NCBI GenBank assembly: GCA_965153355.1
Contig: OZ231126.1
Location: 12,524,001-12,588,000, forward strand
Direction: 5' to 3'
Length of the DNA stretch: 64,000 nucleotides
Source of the DNA: Flaccisagitta enflata
Lineage: Eukaryota
Part shown: positions 1 through 14,989 of the stretch, one piece after another
How positions within the stretch are numbered: position 1 is the stretch's first letter
Layout of the letters: every line of letters starts with the position of its first letter
Translations under genes and position numbers: made by a program
The notes under the pieces: generated by a model
Told to the model about the DNA's origin: nothing
Database searches by the model: none
Seen by the model: only the letters and a program-made list of their open reading frames with translations

Positions 1-351
1 ACCAAAAAAAAAAAAAAAAAAGAAAGAAAAAAGATAAAAGATTCATGAACCCAGATGTAATCATGTTAACAGGAAGTATCAAAAGTTTCTGCTATATCAC
101 ACCGTGGATAGTGATTTTAATGCCATAATACGTGTCGCCTTATCAGCAGTTCTATGAGCCACCAGCGAGACATCCACCCTCCCCATTAAACTTCCACCAA
201 CTCTTGCACTGGACCAAAGCAAAAAACGATCACTTACCATGCCCCAAATCCCGAGTTTTCGCCGACCCCATCTCCCCAGCCTTTTCAACCCCTCTCTCTG
301 TACCTTCGAACCTGCCTCAAATCCAGTCCCTGCCCCTTTCCTCCATTGGCT

Positions 352-628
352 AACTGAAGTCGATAGAGCCCTTTCCACTACCGCTCACCACGCCCTCAAT
401 CCTGTCCCTGCCCCTTTCCCCCAATTGGTTAACTGAAGTCAATAGAGCGAAAGCCCTTTTCACTACCCCTCACCATGCCCGCAATCCTGTCCCTGCCCCT
501 TTCCCCCAATTGGTTAACTGAAGTCAATAGAGCGAAAGCCCTTTTCACTACCCCTCACCATGCCCGCAATCCTGTCCCTGCCCCTTTCCCCCAATTGGTT
601 AACTGAAGTCAATAGAGCGAAAGCCTTT
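352..628. repeat. Tandem repeat, 85-bp unit, about 3.3 copies
   Basis: AACTGAAGTC recurs at 352, 431, 516 and 601; the units starting at 431 and 516 are identical. Confidence 0.9.
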
Positions 629-717
629 TCAACGACGTATTTGTCAATAAATATTTAATGGCATCTTTTGAGAACCCGCTTGACTTTTTATACGATGTGT
701 CGAGCCAAAAAATGTCT

Positions 718-759
<42 letters not shown>

Positions 760-895
760 CTTTTTTATTCTTCCTTTATTTCCATATTTGTGCAGTGGCA
801 AGCAGGATGGAAATATGGGGCGGTGAAAATGATGAGTTGGCCATGAACTGTCAAGGGGTGGAATGAAGAGGTTTTTTGACGGGCATTCTGGCAAA

Positions 896-1000
<105 letters not shown>

Positions 1001-1846
1001 GAAGACGGGATTGCTGATAGATAAAAAAAAGTTGCAAGCAGAAACAAGGCAAAATGACAGACAGACAGACAGACAGACAGACAGAAACAAGACAGATTAA
1101 CAGATAGGTAGCCTGACAGAGACAAAGGATAAGTCGAAGAAAACGAAACAAAAACAGAAAGAAAAATGAGTGAGGAAGGACTGAGGTGACAAACACAGTG
1201 TCTTTGTGGGACAGAAACAAAGAAATGGACATTGCAATCGAGAGCAAACACAGAATTGATGGAAGAGGGAAAGACAGAAACAGAGTCGGAGACAATAGAA
1301 CGGAATGTTTGTGTACGGACCAACGGATTGAGAAGAAGGTAATAAATTCGGTGCTTGTATGGAGAAACAAACGGAAACAGAGGCAATAGAAATGACATCT
1401 TAAGGACAAGCAAACAGAAACACTGACAACACCACCGACCTGCGGCATGGACAAACAAGCGCTATAGGAACGATCCTCAAATATGGCAAAAATATGAAGT
1501 TAGTTCGAGAAAATGCTCAGAGAAGCAAAAAATTTCAAAGATAAAAGTTGGCATAACATTTCAGAACTTGGGATGGTCTGTTACGGTAGACAAAAACATG
1601 TAACATTTTTCCTCAGCATATCGGCATCGGTACTTGAAATAATCTTAATGGGAATTTTCAAAAACATGACGGGAGGCCATACCTGATAAAGACTATGCCT
1701 GACTAATGCGATATTCAATGCAGGCTAGGGGGAGAACAAGCTTGATGAAGGCCATACCATGCCTGTATGATATAAGGCATGCCTGATGGAGGCTTTGCCT
1801 GACCAGTGCCATACCTAATAACGGCCCTGCCTGACCACTGACATGT

Positions 1847-1917
<71 letters not shown>

Positions 1918-3814
1918 CCACTCATCAGGTGTCTGAATTCTGAAATGCACGCGGCGTTGATGACGTTATGTCAACTCGGTGATTCTTGTCTCTTTTGACA
2001 GTTTGAATATGAATCTCATCCATTTTTGATCGGTCAATCTCGTTATCAATTTCCTTCAATCAAATCTTTTTTTCCTATTGCATCATCTAATTTCGGTATT
2101 TCGCCTTTTGTTTTTCGTAAGAATCTCAAACATTTCAGACATCATACTTTGGAATCGCTGAATCCCACTCATACTTACCCGCCTGTCACGGATATCAGCC
2201 TATGATTTAAAAACAGTTTGTTCTCTGAAATGATCTAATTCTTTTCTTTCAAAAGCGATTCTAGAGGAGAATCAGATTTTTTTTTCTGATAGCTGCACGA
2301 ATGATTTATGTGTGAGTCATCATTGTCATTTTATCCCTGCTCTGGAAGAGGGTCGTTATGCACAACAATTTGATTCTGAGGAGCCGCGATTACTCCCCGT
2401 GAAACCGGCAGAAACCAATCCGGCTTTCGAATCGGAGATGCCGCAACTTTGTGCAAATTCCGCGATACATTTCCATCGCTCGGAATGAAAAAAGACCTCC
2501 ATTTGCCTCCAAGAGATAAAATGGATAAAGATATCGCCCAATAATGCTCGCAAATTGACAAAAATATGTATCGGAGATATTTTTGTAGATTCATACTTCG
2601 CTTTTCTCGGAGATATTACATGAAAAAAAGGAAGCGTGTGTTTCTTTTAGCTTCAATATGCAAATCAAGTTAGAACCAGTTGGTCTGCTTTCATTATCAT
2701 GTCTTTTATCGGGGTCACCTGTAATATGCTATGGCCATGATTTTTTAGTCGCGGACACGTGACTCTCCACCTTGCTGTGTCGGTGGGTCGGTTGGTCAGT
2801 CGTTTAGTCGGTCAGTCTGTCACATTTTTATTTGCAGACACTCTCTAAGAGGTTTTGTCCGTCCCTCGGTCTGTCGGTCCGTGATGATCGAGTCAAAAGG
2901 TGGAAAAATGTGTGTTTTGGATACTTTTTTATGTATGTTTGTGTATGGAGTGGGGTTTGGGATGTGGATGGGGGGTAGGATGCCCCTGCCCACCCGTCCG
3001 AAACGATATTGTGACCCCGCGTCACTTGTTGATTTGCCAGTGGTTTTTGCTGAACTGCTCTTGCCACATCGTACGCGACTGTCGTGCCTTGTATCCAGCC
3101 TTGTTCAACTCGATGGCGGCGGCGGCAACTGTGGCAGCTGCAGGGAAAAGACCGGAAAGCCTTTTTGAATTATGGCCATGCAACGACACATTCCAACTAA
3201 ATTGCGACCCAATTCTAAAAGGATGGACCTCCCTGGTTTCTCTCCCTCCGCTGAGAAGCCCTTTTCCCCAAGGGTAACCATTTTCGTCGCTATTATCTTT
3301 TCTTTCTTTCTTTCTATATTTCTTTCTTTCTCTCTGTTTTTCTTTCCTTCTTTCCATCTTTCTTTCTTTCTTTCTTTCTTTCTTTATATATTTCTTTCTT
3401 ACTTTCTTTCTTTTTTTCTTTTTTTGACTTATGCTGTTCTTCTCACATAAAGGATCAGTGGATTAATGTCATATCCAGAACTCAGTTGAGACCATCTCAA
3501 ATGCTTGATAAAAACCCTTTCGCTCTCTCAAGAATAAAGAAAGCATTTGCACCATCTCTTTCTCTCTCTCTCTTTGGGTCTATCATCCTCGTTTGTGCCT
3601 TTGTTTACTCTGGCTAATCGACTTTTCGGACATGGTCCAACATTCATGTTTGGACGGACAAAAATGATGATAACGACGATGACAACGACAGTTTATGGTC
3701 ACTCAGTGTTTGGACAAAAGCGGAAATCCAAATGATGATTATGATAACAACGACAACGACAACATGGACAAGAACAACATGAAAGAGGAAGACAACAACG
3801 ACAAACTCGCGAGA

Positions 3815-3877
<63 letters not shown>

Positions 3878-4184
3878 TACTGGAACCTAAACTTTGATTG
3901 TGGAGATGTTAGACCTCATGCGGAACAAGTCATAAAAGGCCAACAACTATGTCAACTTTGTGTGTTAGATGAGCCACATCTTGGTGCTTACATTCGACTG
4001 CGTGTGTGTGATAGCTCGACTAAATCGACGTGCTTACGGCCGTCTTAGTTCTGGTTGATACACATGACTAGTAAGTCGTTTTAATCAAACTTGAATCAAT
4101 GTTTCCTTTTGTAAAAACAAGATATGTGAAGATGAAAGAGATGACATTTCTAACAGAAAATCGTTCGTGATGTAGAACTTTAAG

Positions 4185-4314
4185 TAGGGATGTGGAAGCG
4201 GTCGATTTTTATGCCGCTTCCACCGCTTCCGCTTCCGCTTCCATTTTGTAGTTCAAATTCTAGTAGCTATCCCATCCTCCAAATTGGAAGCGGTCAATCG
4301 CTTCCACATCCCTA
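4185..4314. mobile_element. hAT-like MITE (130 bp) with 8-bp TSD
   Basis: Termini TAGGGATGTGGAAGCG / CGCTTCCACATCCCTA; ACTTTAAG duplicated at 4177-4184 and 4315-4322. Confidence 0.85.
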
Positions 4315-4998
4315 ACTTTAAGAGCTTGTTTAAGTGCACGTTATGTCTGCTGGTAAAATTGTCACATATACGGCATTTACAATGTACGTTGCTGTGTCAG
4401 TCGGTCGGACCTACGGACACACCTTCTTATAGAATCGCTTAGCAAGCGACTAAAAACGTATGAGCAATCACCCATCAGACAGCAATTTACTTCAAATCAA
4501 ATAAGCATAGTACAGAATGAGTAAAACGTGTGACCAGAAAAACAAAGCCGGATACACGGCCGATGAGTAGTCGCTGGAGGGTAGGCAGGAGCAGTAATGC
4601 TGGTTGAAACGGGCAGTCGTGGGCAGGGCGGGGACTGTAATGTTGCTGTGCAGGGGAAGTAGTGCTCAGAAATCACGATTTGAGTCGTCCTCGTCTTATC
4701 CAAAATTTTGCGTTACTTTCCTACAGACATATCTATGGAAACACCCTCCTATGGAGTCGCTTAGCCAGCGATGAAAAACCTCACCTTACCCCCCTACAGA
4801 GACAAAAGTAACTGATGTCAGCAGTATGAATCCAGAGTAGGTGACTTTGGAGAAACAAGAAAAAAGCTAATAAAAAAGTGTGAAGCGCATGGAGCTGAAA
4901 CTCTGCAAACGGGGTAAACAAGTATCTACATCAAAACAAGCACAAGAGTCCTGGAGGCTGTGTGGTGAGAAAGCGTGATAGCATAAAAAAGGCAAGCC

Positions 4999-5089
<91 letters not shown>

Positions 5090-5282
5090 ATGAAAGTGGA
5101 TCACTGGTCAATGAGTGGGATTAAAGGTCTGAACGCATGGCCGGCCTTGCGTGAGCTCCTCATGCTCCTCCTCCTCCTTCTCCTCCTCCTCTTCCTCCTC
5201 CTGCTCCTGTAAGCTCCTAGTCAACCGGGAAAACTTCATGGTCCATAAACACCATAGAGACACCATAGGCGAGAGATCCCAC

Positions 5283-5316
<34 letters not shown>

Positions 5317-5386
5317 CCTTTTAGGGGTGTGGGGATGTTTTTTTCTTTATAACAAAATTCAAAAGTAAGCGCCATAGCGATTTGGC

Positions 5387-6078
5387 TTTTTGGCAGCAGC
5401 CCTGAAGGGGACGAATTCCTGTAGTTTATAGGGGAATCTGTCTGTCCGTACATCCGTCTGTATGTATGTCTGTACATCCGTCCGTATGTACGTCTGTACG
5501 TCCATCTGTCCCCCCTGCCCCATCCTCAGGGCTTCATCTCCTTTGGGGCTTTTTCTGACCAAAATTCTGCCAAATAGCCCAAATCCAAGCAATATGGCCC
5601 AAATCTAAGCAAAATGGCCCAAATTCAAGCATATTGGCCCAATTTCAAGCAAAATCGCCCAAATCTGGCCAGAAAACCCCAATTCTAGCCCAAAGTCCAT
5701 CATTTTGGCCCCTTAGACCTGCATTGTGGCCTCTGATACCTAGATTCTGACAAGATTTGAGCCATTTTGCTTGAAATTGGGCCAATATGCTTGGATTTGG
5801 GCCTTTTTGCTCAGATGTGGGCCGTATTGCTTGGATTTGGGCTATTTGGCAGAATTTGGGTCAGAATAAGCCCCAAAGGAGAAGAAGCCCTGAGGAAAGG
5901 GTGGGGGGGATGAATGGATGGACTGATAGGCGGATGGTCGGACAGACAGATTCCCCCTGTGTTTTACAGGACTTTGTCGCCTTTGGGGCTGCTGCCCTAC
6001 TCCCCCTAAATTTAAATCACACACTTAACGAGCAGAGCACGGGCACCGCTGGCCACTTAGTGCCTTTGGGCTGCTATT
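5387..6078 (+). mobile_element. Non-autonomous Helentron-like (HINE/DINE-1-like) element, family B
   Basis: Subterminal inverted repeats (GGCAGCAGCCCTGAAGGGGACGAA..CCTGTA near 5392; its complement near 5965-5997), GTCY-like repeats, internal 21-bp repeats and T-rich flanks. A relative lies inverted at 39833-40556. Confidence 0.7.
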
Positions 6079-6214
6079 ATGTCATACCCCCTCCTCTCCA
6101 TCGCTGTCTCTGTCTATCTGTAAGTCTCTGTCTGTCTTTCTGTAGCTCTGTCTCTGTCTCTGTCTGTCTCTGTCTCTGTCTCTGTCTCTGTCTGTCTGTC
6201 TGTCTGTCTCTGTC

Positions 6215-6276
<62 letters not shown>

Positions 6277-7476
6277 CTTTTTTTCTCCTACATAAATCAA
6301 CGAGGGTGTGGTATATACAGCATCTCTATCTCTCTCCGTTTCGCCATGAAAAGGGAAATATGAATAAGTACTTTACGGTCGGTTGGCTTTTTGTTTTCGT
6401 ATTTCCTCCTCGTGAACGGTCAAGAAATATTGACAGGATCGTCAGCTCGCAATTTATTCAAATAAGAGCCAAACATAAAACCGATTGTAACAGTGGCAAT
6501 TGTTCCACAGTGTTACAAATCTTGTCGTCAAATGGATGAAAATCTCGTCAAACCTTCAAGAAATTGAGCATCATTAAATCTGTCGGCGTTTATTTTCTGC
6601 TGACCATCGACGTTGAACGCAGTGTTAGGTCGCTCTTGGGGGTAAAATGGGGCTATTTGACAGAGTAAGAAGGCCTAAGAAGGGCAGCATAAAGGGAGTC
6701 ACTCTTGGGGGTAAAATGGGGGTATTTGACAGGGTAAGAAGGTCTATGAAGGGCAGCATAAAGGAAGACACTCTAGGGGTTCGGAAGGGGGGTATTAGAT
6801 GAGGTAAGCAGATATAGTATGATGGGGATAGAGCCTTGTGAAACGGGTAGTATCCTATGGGGGTACAGAGGGGAGAACTTGACGGGATAAGCTTTGCTTC
6901 CCTTAACAACCAGCTTTTACTAAGCGGGCGCACGATGTAGAATGAAGGGGGGTCGCCCCCGGGGGAGAATGTTAACCACGTTGCGAGGCAGAGATATATA
7001 TATATGCTTAAAAATATGGGGGGGGGGGGAAATTCGAGAGGTCAAATCATGAAATTGTGGGGCTAGCCACTGATGAGTGGCACAACACTTAAGGGCCGCT
7101 GACCTTTTATCATCATTTATGTTAGTGATGATGCATTGAAATAAGAAAACGAGGTAAAGGGGGTTGGGGGCTGGATTATTTGCATGATTCATTTCATTTG
7201 GCACGAACAGCACACCGTATTTCCTGTAACAAGCGCCCTTTATTATTTCCTATAGTATATAAAGTTTTGAATATGCCTAAGAGGAGGGGCGCTGATCAGA
7301 GGATCAAAATATTAAAGTTATTTTTTTCATTTGAGGCACCCGATGTTCAATCATGCGAAACTAAGGTAATCAATAGTATCTTACATCTGCCCTTTCGAAT
7401 ATTACGGTAATAAAACCAAAAGCATGTATTCAAACATGAACAACAAACAGCTTTTTAAAAGAAAAAAAAAATACTA

Positions 7477-8248
7477 CAGGGTGTTTCACGCGTTTTGAAA
7501 TATTTCAAAACGACATAGCTCTGCTTCTAGTAACTTCTTTTGACTTCTGAAAGGAGATCTAGAAAGATCATGATCTGCAGATTTCATGTGTAAAATCTCA
7601 TAATTTTTGAAGCAACCATGTGAATTTGAAGTAGATTAGTGATTTCAGACTCTACCATTTCTGCTTCTTTTTTAGTCGCGTGCTACGCGACTCTACAACC
7701 CGCATTGTTGGTCCGTCGGTCCGTCCGTTGGTCCGTCCGTTGGTCCGTCCGTCACACTTTACTTTTTTTGGGTTTTTGCGGTCTTTGCCTCACTGCACCT
7801 GCCCAAATGATTGAGTGACCTCAAATACAGCCCCTGCCCACCCGCACGCGACTGGGGTAGCCGTGTATCCGGCCTTGTTTATTAATGATGCAAAACCATT
7901 CATGTTTGAAAATATGATATCTTTAAACTTTGCATTTTACATTTTAAAAACTACATGATTAAAGCTTTAAAATGAATAAAGTTAGGCTGTGTAGCTAATG
8001 ACAACAGATTTTTGGTGATTAAGTTTTGTGTCATTTAAAAATTTTGTGAAAAAATTGCAGGCAATCTGAAATTTCATACAGACTTTAAAACCGTACAGTT
8101 GCTTCAAAAATTATCACAATATCATGAGATTTTACATGTGAAATCTGCAGATCATGATCTTTCTTGATCATTTTTCAGAAGTTAAAAAAAGTTACTAGAA
8201 GAAGAGATTTATTGTTTTAGAATACCTCAAAACGCATGGAACACCCTG
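7477..8248. mobile_element. Tc1/mariner-type MITE with long TIRs and TA TSD, containing a nested HINE
   Basis: TA-CAGGGTGTTTCACGCGTTTTGA ... TCAAAACGCATGGAACACCCTG-TA; inverted similarity extends about 140 bp. Confidence 0.8.
7668..7880 (+). mobile_element. HINE/DINE-1-like element, family A
   Basis: TTTTAGTCGCGTGCTACGCGACT start, (GTCC/GTCG)n tract, subterminal CACGCGACT, 3' hairpin GCCGTGTATCCGGC, ending CTTGTTT. Many relatives occur in the window. Confidence 0.8.
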
Positions 8249-8860
8249 TAGTCTATTTATAAAGTTCAACTTTTTTGTGTCACGCACAAATGTATTTTTG
8301 TTTTTTAACGCTGAGAAAAAAGGTTGAAAACGAATTTGGTTTTTATCGAGAATTGATCAATTTCTTGTTAAATGGACGTGATTTCGCACGGAAACCAAAG
8401 TAATCATGTTCGTATTATGTTCATACGAGACAAAAACAAGGTCGTGAGAACGACGTTGCGTGTGTCATAAGTTACGGACGACAATTATTAAAAGAGTGTC
8501 GAGAAATGTAATCAAAAACAAGGCAAGTAGGCCAATAAGGTGCGACGTGTGGATCTTCGAACGAATGCGGTACAGACAGACCAATGGACCATTGGACACA
8601 GCCAGTTATAGAGGTGCTTTGTCGCACTTAAAAAAAGAAGATTTTTACCACTTAAAGAATGAAAAAATAAGTAGAAGGAACGTTCGTAACTAACTGACCG
8701 ACTGACCGGCGGTCGGGCAATGGTCCTGTTGACTCATATGGTATGAGACAAAAAACGGAGACGTATAAAGATTCACATTGTGTACATGTATTATTCATAC
8801 ATTTTTACATAAAATCAGTCCTGTTCTTCGGTCGGTCTTTTGGTTCATGGACAGACAGCG

Positions 8861-8976
<116 letters not shown>

Positions 8977-9822
8977 CCACACCTGGAGGTAACTATTCAT
9001 AATTTTATAATGTTCCATTACGAGTCGATTGCGGAGAAAAGTGAAAATCGTAAATTATGATTGAATCTTCATCGGTCTAAATCAATCTATATATCTATCT
9101 ATTTATCTTTCTATCGATCTATCTCTTCATCTATCTATCTTTCTGTCTGTCTCTCTGATTTCCTTTCTCTCTGTCAATGTAACTTACATGTGTAAGTCAA
9201 CGAGGAATGAAGTAAAAATCTGTCTGTCTGTCTGTTTGTCTATGTGTACCGGTCCATCTTTCTGTCTGTCTATGAGCCTGTTTTTCTGTCTGTCTGTCTG
9301 TCTATCTGACAAACTGTCTCTGCGATCTTGTTCATCTATGACTATGTCAGAATCTCTTCCTCTCCCTCTTTTATTCTTGAGAAACTTATTGGACGAACAG
9401 AAGGACAGACGGACCATTATAAGATGCACTACCTTGACCTTGACAAAGGAAAACTTGTACTCAAATCTGTAACGGCGAGATTTAACATCCTGATCGGGAT
9501 TAAAATGTCCAGAAGGAAATATCAATCCCTTTTTGGGTAATAAAGGCCAAAAGTCTTGCTCGAATGACAGCCAGGCCTGTAAAAACCAGTTGTTACTCCT
9601 CTGATCTCTTTGATGACTTTTCAGCGACGCTGTAATCTATATCTTTATTCGTATCTCTGCGTCTGTCTTTATCATCTATCTGCATCTTAGTCCCTTTTGT
9701 TCTCAATCCCTCTCTTCTGTTATTGCTGTCTCTACCTGTCCGTGTGTTTGTCTGTTTGTCTAATCGTACACGTACATTTGTGCACGTGGTAAACGCACAA
9801 ACACATACACACTCTCTATCTT

Positions 9823-9868
<46 letters not shown>

Positions 9869-9875
9869 GCCCTCC

Positions 9876-10111
9876 CACAGTGAGGCTTAAATGAAGTTGA
9901 GCTGAAAAAAATCCCCAGGAGTAAGGACGCTCACTCTGTGGTGAAAAAAAGATATTAGTTCATTTTACAAATCGTAATGAAAATTTTGTAAAACTTCAAA
10001 ATAGATTGTTTTTTAACCTATATTGATTCTCCTCCATCAAATTTACCATATATACAAGTCAATACTTTCCGGGATTTTTATTCAACTCAAACTCATTTAA
10101 GCCCTTCTGTG
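9876..10111. mobile_element. MITE with CACA termini (Chapaev/Transib-like), apparent 4-bp TSD
   Basis: About 40-bp imperfect TIR CACAGTGAGGCTTAAATGAAGTTGAG / CTCAAACTCATTTAAGCCCTTCTGTG; CTCC on both flanks. Confidence 0.6.
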
Positions 10112-10258
10112 CTCCAGCTGACTCCAGAGGTCATTATCCTTGACATTTCATGACTAACCCTAATCACTTAAGGAAAGCTCCAAAGCCGATTCTCCGGAGG
10201 TAAGGCATTCAAATTCAGCATCGATACCGACATATCCCTGTCAATCAAAACCCCTCAA

Positions 10259-10347
<89 letters not shown>

Positions 10348-10752
10348 CATTTTAAACCCTAGGTATTACATTTTATGAATTGTGTCATTGGCATTAATGG
10401 ATTGAGTTGGATTCCTACTGTAAAGTCGTTAAGTCTTTGGAGGTCAGAATATCAAAGAAGACGCGGTAAGGACCGCACTCAACCAATAAATATCATTGTA
10501 CAGTTCCACGAGTTAAAACTGTCATTCATTTGTCCAATGATTTGAATGTTGATGTTACCACAAAACGGATTAGAGGGGTTTTAAATGAAGCAATAGACAA
10601 TAAGCTGGCAATAGGAATAGTAAACGTGAGGAAGGTTTTGATTAGGTCTTATTTGATGTCTCTAAAGATCAATATTGGCAATGACACGCGTGTTACGCGA
10701 CTTTATCAGTTGCTTCATTGGATGGTCCATCTGTTGGTTGATTGATGGATGA

Positions 10753-11253
<501 letters not shown>

Positions 11254-12752
11254 TAGAAGCCTTGCCTGTTCTTGTAATTCGCATGTGAGACGGACAGGGA
11301 GTTCAGAAATGGTCTGAGTGACAAACATATATGCCGATGGACTTCAAAAGATTCACATTGCATCTCAAAATTTCTGCTCTTGTCTCATTGGGCCTAGATT
11401 CTAGTTTTGGAGCAAGATCCCTCATGCAACTTCCAGTCACGCCTTTCTATGGGCTGCTCCGAGTTTTTATGCGCATTTGATCGAGTCATGAGTGTGGTCA
11501 TACATCATATTTATGCTATCTCATATCTCGATAGTCCAAAATGAGTAACAGGCTCGAGTATTGATGTATAATCGGTGAAAATCAATGAAATAATGCATAA
11601 AATATAATGGCCATATCTAAAGAAAACTGGGTTCCCTCGCCTGTTTGATCAACGAGGCCGCGGAAACATTTTGCTAGAACCAACACTTCCGGTATAAAAC
11701 AGATGGAACCTATGGCTAATCTTATGGTTACTTACACTACAAAAAGAATTTGGAGGCTTCAGGCGTATAAGTATGCTCATAAATTTATTCTGAAGCGAAG
11801 ATACCATGATGACCTTCAGAAATTGGAAATTTGTCCAAAGTTCGTAATTTGATAAAAAATAGCTATTGAGCAATCAATGAGTGGGGATTTTTGAGTAGGG
11901 TTAGTATCTACATGTGTTATGGAGCATTGTTTGTTTTTATATGCTAAATTGGTTTTCAGAGCAAGGTTTTCACTCTTTAATAGGTTTTCGAAAATATTAT
12001 TTTCATATTTGAGAATTAAGAATATCAAAAAATAAGAGAAAAATTGCATTTATAAAAACATACCGGCCTTGGTATTGTAAATGGCTAGCCCGGTATGTTT
12101 TTGGTTTTTTCATTTTCTCATTTTTCATGCAAATTCTTAATTCTCAATGATTTAAGTTTGTCAACTGTTTTCTTCTTTTTTCCGCGAATTTCTGTGTAAA
12201 TCAGCAAAGATTGCTAGACAAGGAAAAAACATAATAGGCTCAGCATTAGTTGTATGCGAGTGAGTAGGGGCGTTGTCAGGGCTGGATACAGGGCCAATGT
12301 CAGAATCAAGAAATTGGGCAGGGGTGGTAACATGATCTAGCGGTGGCAGAATTATGAAGTAAGAAAAGAGAGGAATGATAAGCAGATACAATAAATGAAT
12401 AACTGAATGAATGAATGAATGACTGAATGAATGAATGAAATAATTAATGAATGAATGAGTTAGTGTTGAATGAATTATTGATTGAATGAATGAATGGATC
12501 AACATGATCAATACGTTGGTCCGCGTCCGCCCGTGAGCACTGAGCATGAGTCAAAAAGTGGCAAAACAATTGTCGTAGATGTTTGTGTCTGTTTGGGGGT
12601 GGGGGGGGGGCGGGGTGGTTGGAGGTTGGATACCCCTGCCCACCCGTCCGCGACGATATTGTAACCCTGGTCCCTGCATTACTTGTTATATCTAGTCCAG
12701 TCTGTCCCTTCTGGTTTGAAATATCTGTTTACATGTCTTGTTTGTCAGGATG

Positions 12753-12845
<93 letters not shown>

Positions 12846-12847
<2 letters not shown>

Positions 12848-13382
12848 GGAGGAAGGTATTTAAGTGCTTTAATTTCATTTGACAAACTTGATATTTGAAA
12901 TATAAATTGTTTACTCGATGCCCTGAGCTTTTTGGTTGCTATGGAAACCAAAATTGTTTTTTCAAACATTTATAACCACTAAAATATTGATATTTCAAGA
13001 AATATTGTCAGGGAACATTGCTCAAAATTAAATTTGCTACAACTTTCCCACAGTATGTTCTGTAAGAATATTGCTCGTTTGGCCGTTGCTAGGGGGCATC
13101 ACACCTAGCAACCGCTGAATGATGCTCCCTAGCAACGGCTAAACGAGCAATATTCTTACAGAACATACTGTCGGAAAGTTGTAGCAAATTTAATTCTGAG
13201 CGATGTTCCCTGACAATATTTGTCAAAATATCGATATTCTAGCCGTTATAAATATTCAAAAAAATAATTTTGGTTTCCATAGCAACCGAGAAACTCAGGG
13301 ACAAAAGCATCAAGTGAAAAATTTAAATTTCAAATATCAAGTTTGTCAAATGAAATTAAGACACTTAAATACCTTCCTCCAG
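12846..13382. mobile_element. Foldback (almost fully palindromic) MITE
   Basis: CTGGAGGAAGGTATTTAAGTG ... CACTTAAATACCTTCCTCCAG; arms complementary for about 250 bp around a short centre near 13100-13120. Confidence 0.85.
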
Positions 13383-13997
13383 TTTAGGCTGTTATTCCAC
13401 AAACCCCACTGTATGTATGGAAAATTATGTCACGATGGAAGAATAAATGAAAGATTAAATCGAAAAATTGATTTATAGATAAATTTTAGAAAAAGATGAA
13501 ATAAATGTAAAATGAACAAATAAGTAAAAACAACAACGTGACGTGGCGAAGAAACACGATCTCTCTTCGACCTTCGCGGCTTTCCAAGAAAAATCATCAA
13601 AAAACTGCTTCAACCATAATGTAATCGGCTGTAAATACACTCAAAATTCCATCTTTTTGTTCTCCACCCAACTGCAAATTTTCATCTCAATCAGTCAACG
13701 GGAAGGGTCAAAACTTTGAAAGAAACTACCATCATTAATGGGATTGATTTTATTTCATCATCAAAAAAATCGCTATCGTGGTCTCACTCTCTCATCGCCT
13801 CATATTTGTTTGGAATCTAAAGTCCAAGTTGAATCAGTTCTCCAACCTCGGTCTTCTTGTGTAACAACTACAGCTAAGAATTTGTGTTACAAAACCATTT
13901 ACTCCTTCGCGGCTAAAAAAAAAACTACTTCACAGAACCAAAGACTGAATCTTACTGAAGGAAATTGTCATCTTTCCGTGTTAATAAAGCTCAAGAC

Positions 13998-14989
13998 ATG
14001 GAGAAAATACAGCATGATATTGCGCAACTGGAAAAAGAGTCAAAAGAAACAAATGAATGGAAAACCAAAATGGATGCTCTACTCATGACCTTCAAAAAAG
14101 GTTTTGAAGGTTTTGAAAAAGTCGTGGAAGGCATTAACAATAATCATACAGCTTTGAATGAAACAATTGCCATGCTAACCATTAAAATGAAAAATCATAT
14201 CACAAGTGCTGATTCCTTCAAAGCCCAAGTGGTTAAGCATCAGGTTGCCTCAAAAACCGAATTTGAAGCCTTTGGAAAGAAATTGACTAAATCACAACAA
14301 CAGTTAGATGCAACAAATCGCAAGTTTGCGGAGGAGATGGAAAAAAACAGGCGTATCAAAGATGAATTGAAGACCAAGATGGATGCCATTGGAGAAAGAA
14401 CAACATCAACTGACGTCAGATTACAGGAGCTCCAAACCGAATTTCAAGCCATCAAGGCAAAAGTGGATGAAATTCACAATTCTGCACAAAGTTCAACCAA
14501 CCCTGCCACAATGAATAAAGGCACACCTGTGCAATTTGTTCCAGAATGGGTCTTGCGTGAACAAAAGAGAAACAACATCATCATTTTTGGTCAACAGGAA
14601 ACAGATGACGATCTTGCCATGATCAAATTGCTTGCTGGTGACTTGGACCTGGACCTGGATCCTTCTACGGACATTGTTCATCATTTTCGTGTTGGAACAT
14701 CAAACAGTAGCAATTTGCGCCCTGGTCGTTAAATTTGTATGCTCAGAAAAAAGAGGCAATGCTCCTGATGGCAAAGAAGCTGAGAGGAATGGAGAAATGG
14801 AACGGGGTGATTATCACTCACGACATGACAAAATTGGAATGTCAAGTGGAAAAAGCATGGGAGATTAAATTGCGGCAAGATGCTGAGCATTTGAACAATT
14901 CTCTTACTGCAGATGAAAAAAGCGTCAAGTTTTTCAAAGTTATTGGCGGCCGCATGAGAGCAAGAATAGCATGCTTTCCCATTAAATGA
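13998..14989 (+). pseudogene. Non-LTR retrotransposon ORF1-like protein (coiled coil plus RRM-like region), frameshifted, no ORF2
   Basis: Long coiled coil, then EQKRNNIIIFG..., HFRVG...LRP, LVVKF (second frame) and ITHDMTKLE (third frame). These match the RRNNIIIxG / RPLxVKF / DLTKxER motifs of LINE ORF1 proteins; frameshifts near 14720-14750. Confidence 0.7.

Noticed and set aside
6623-6908. Solo LTR (TGTTAGG...CCTTAACA, internal 69-bp repeats)
   Set aside because: Flanks (CGCAG/ACCAG) do not form a clean TSD and there is no second copy, PBS or PPT.
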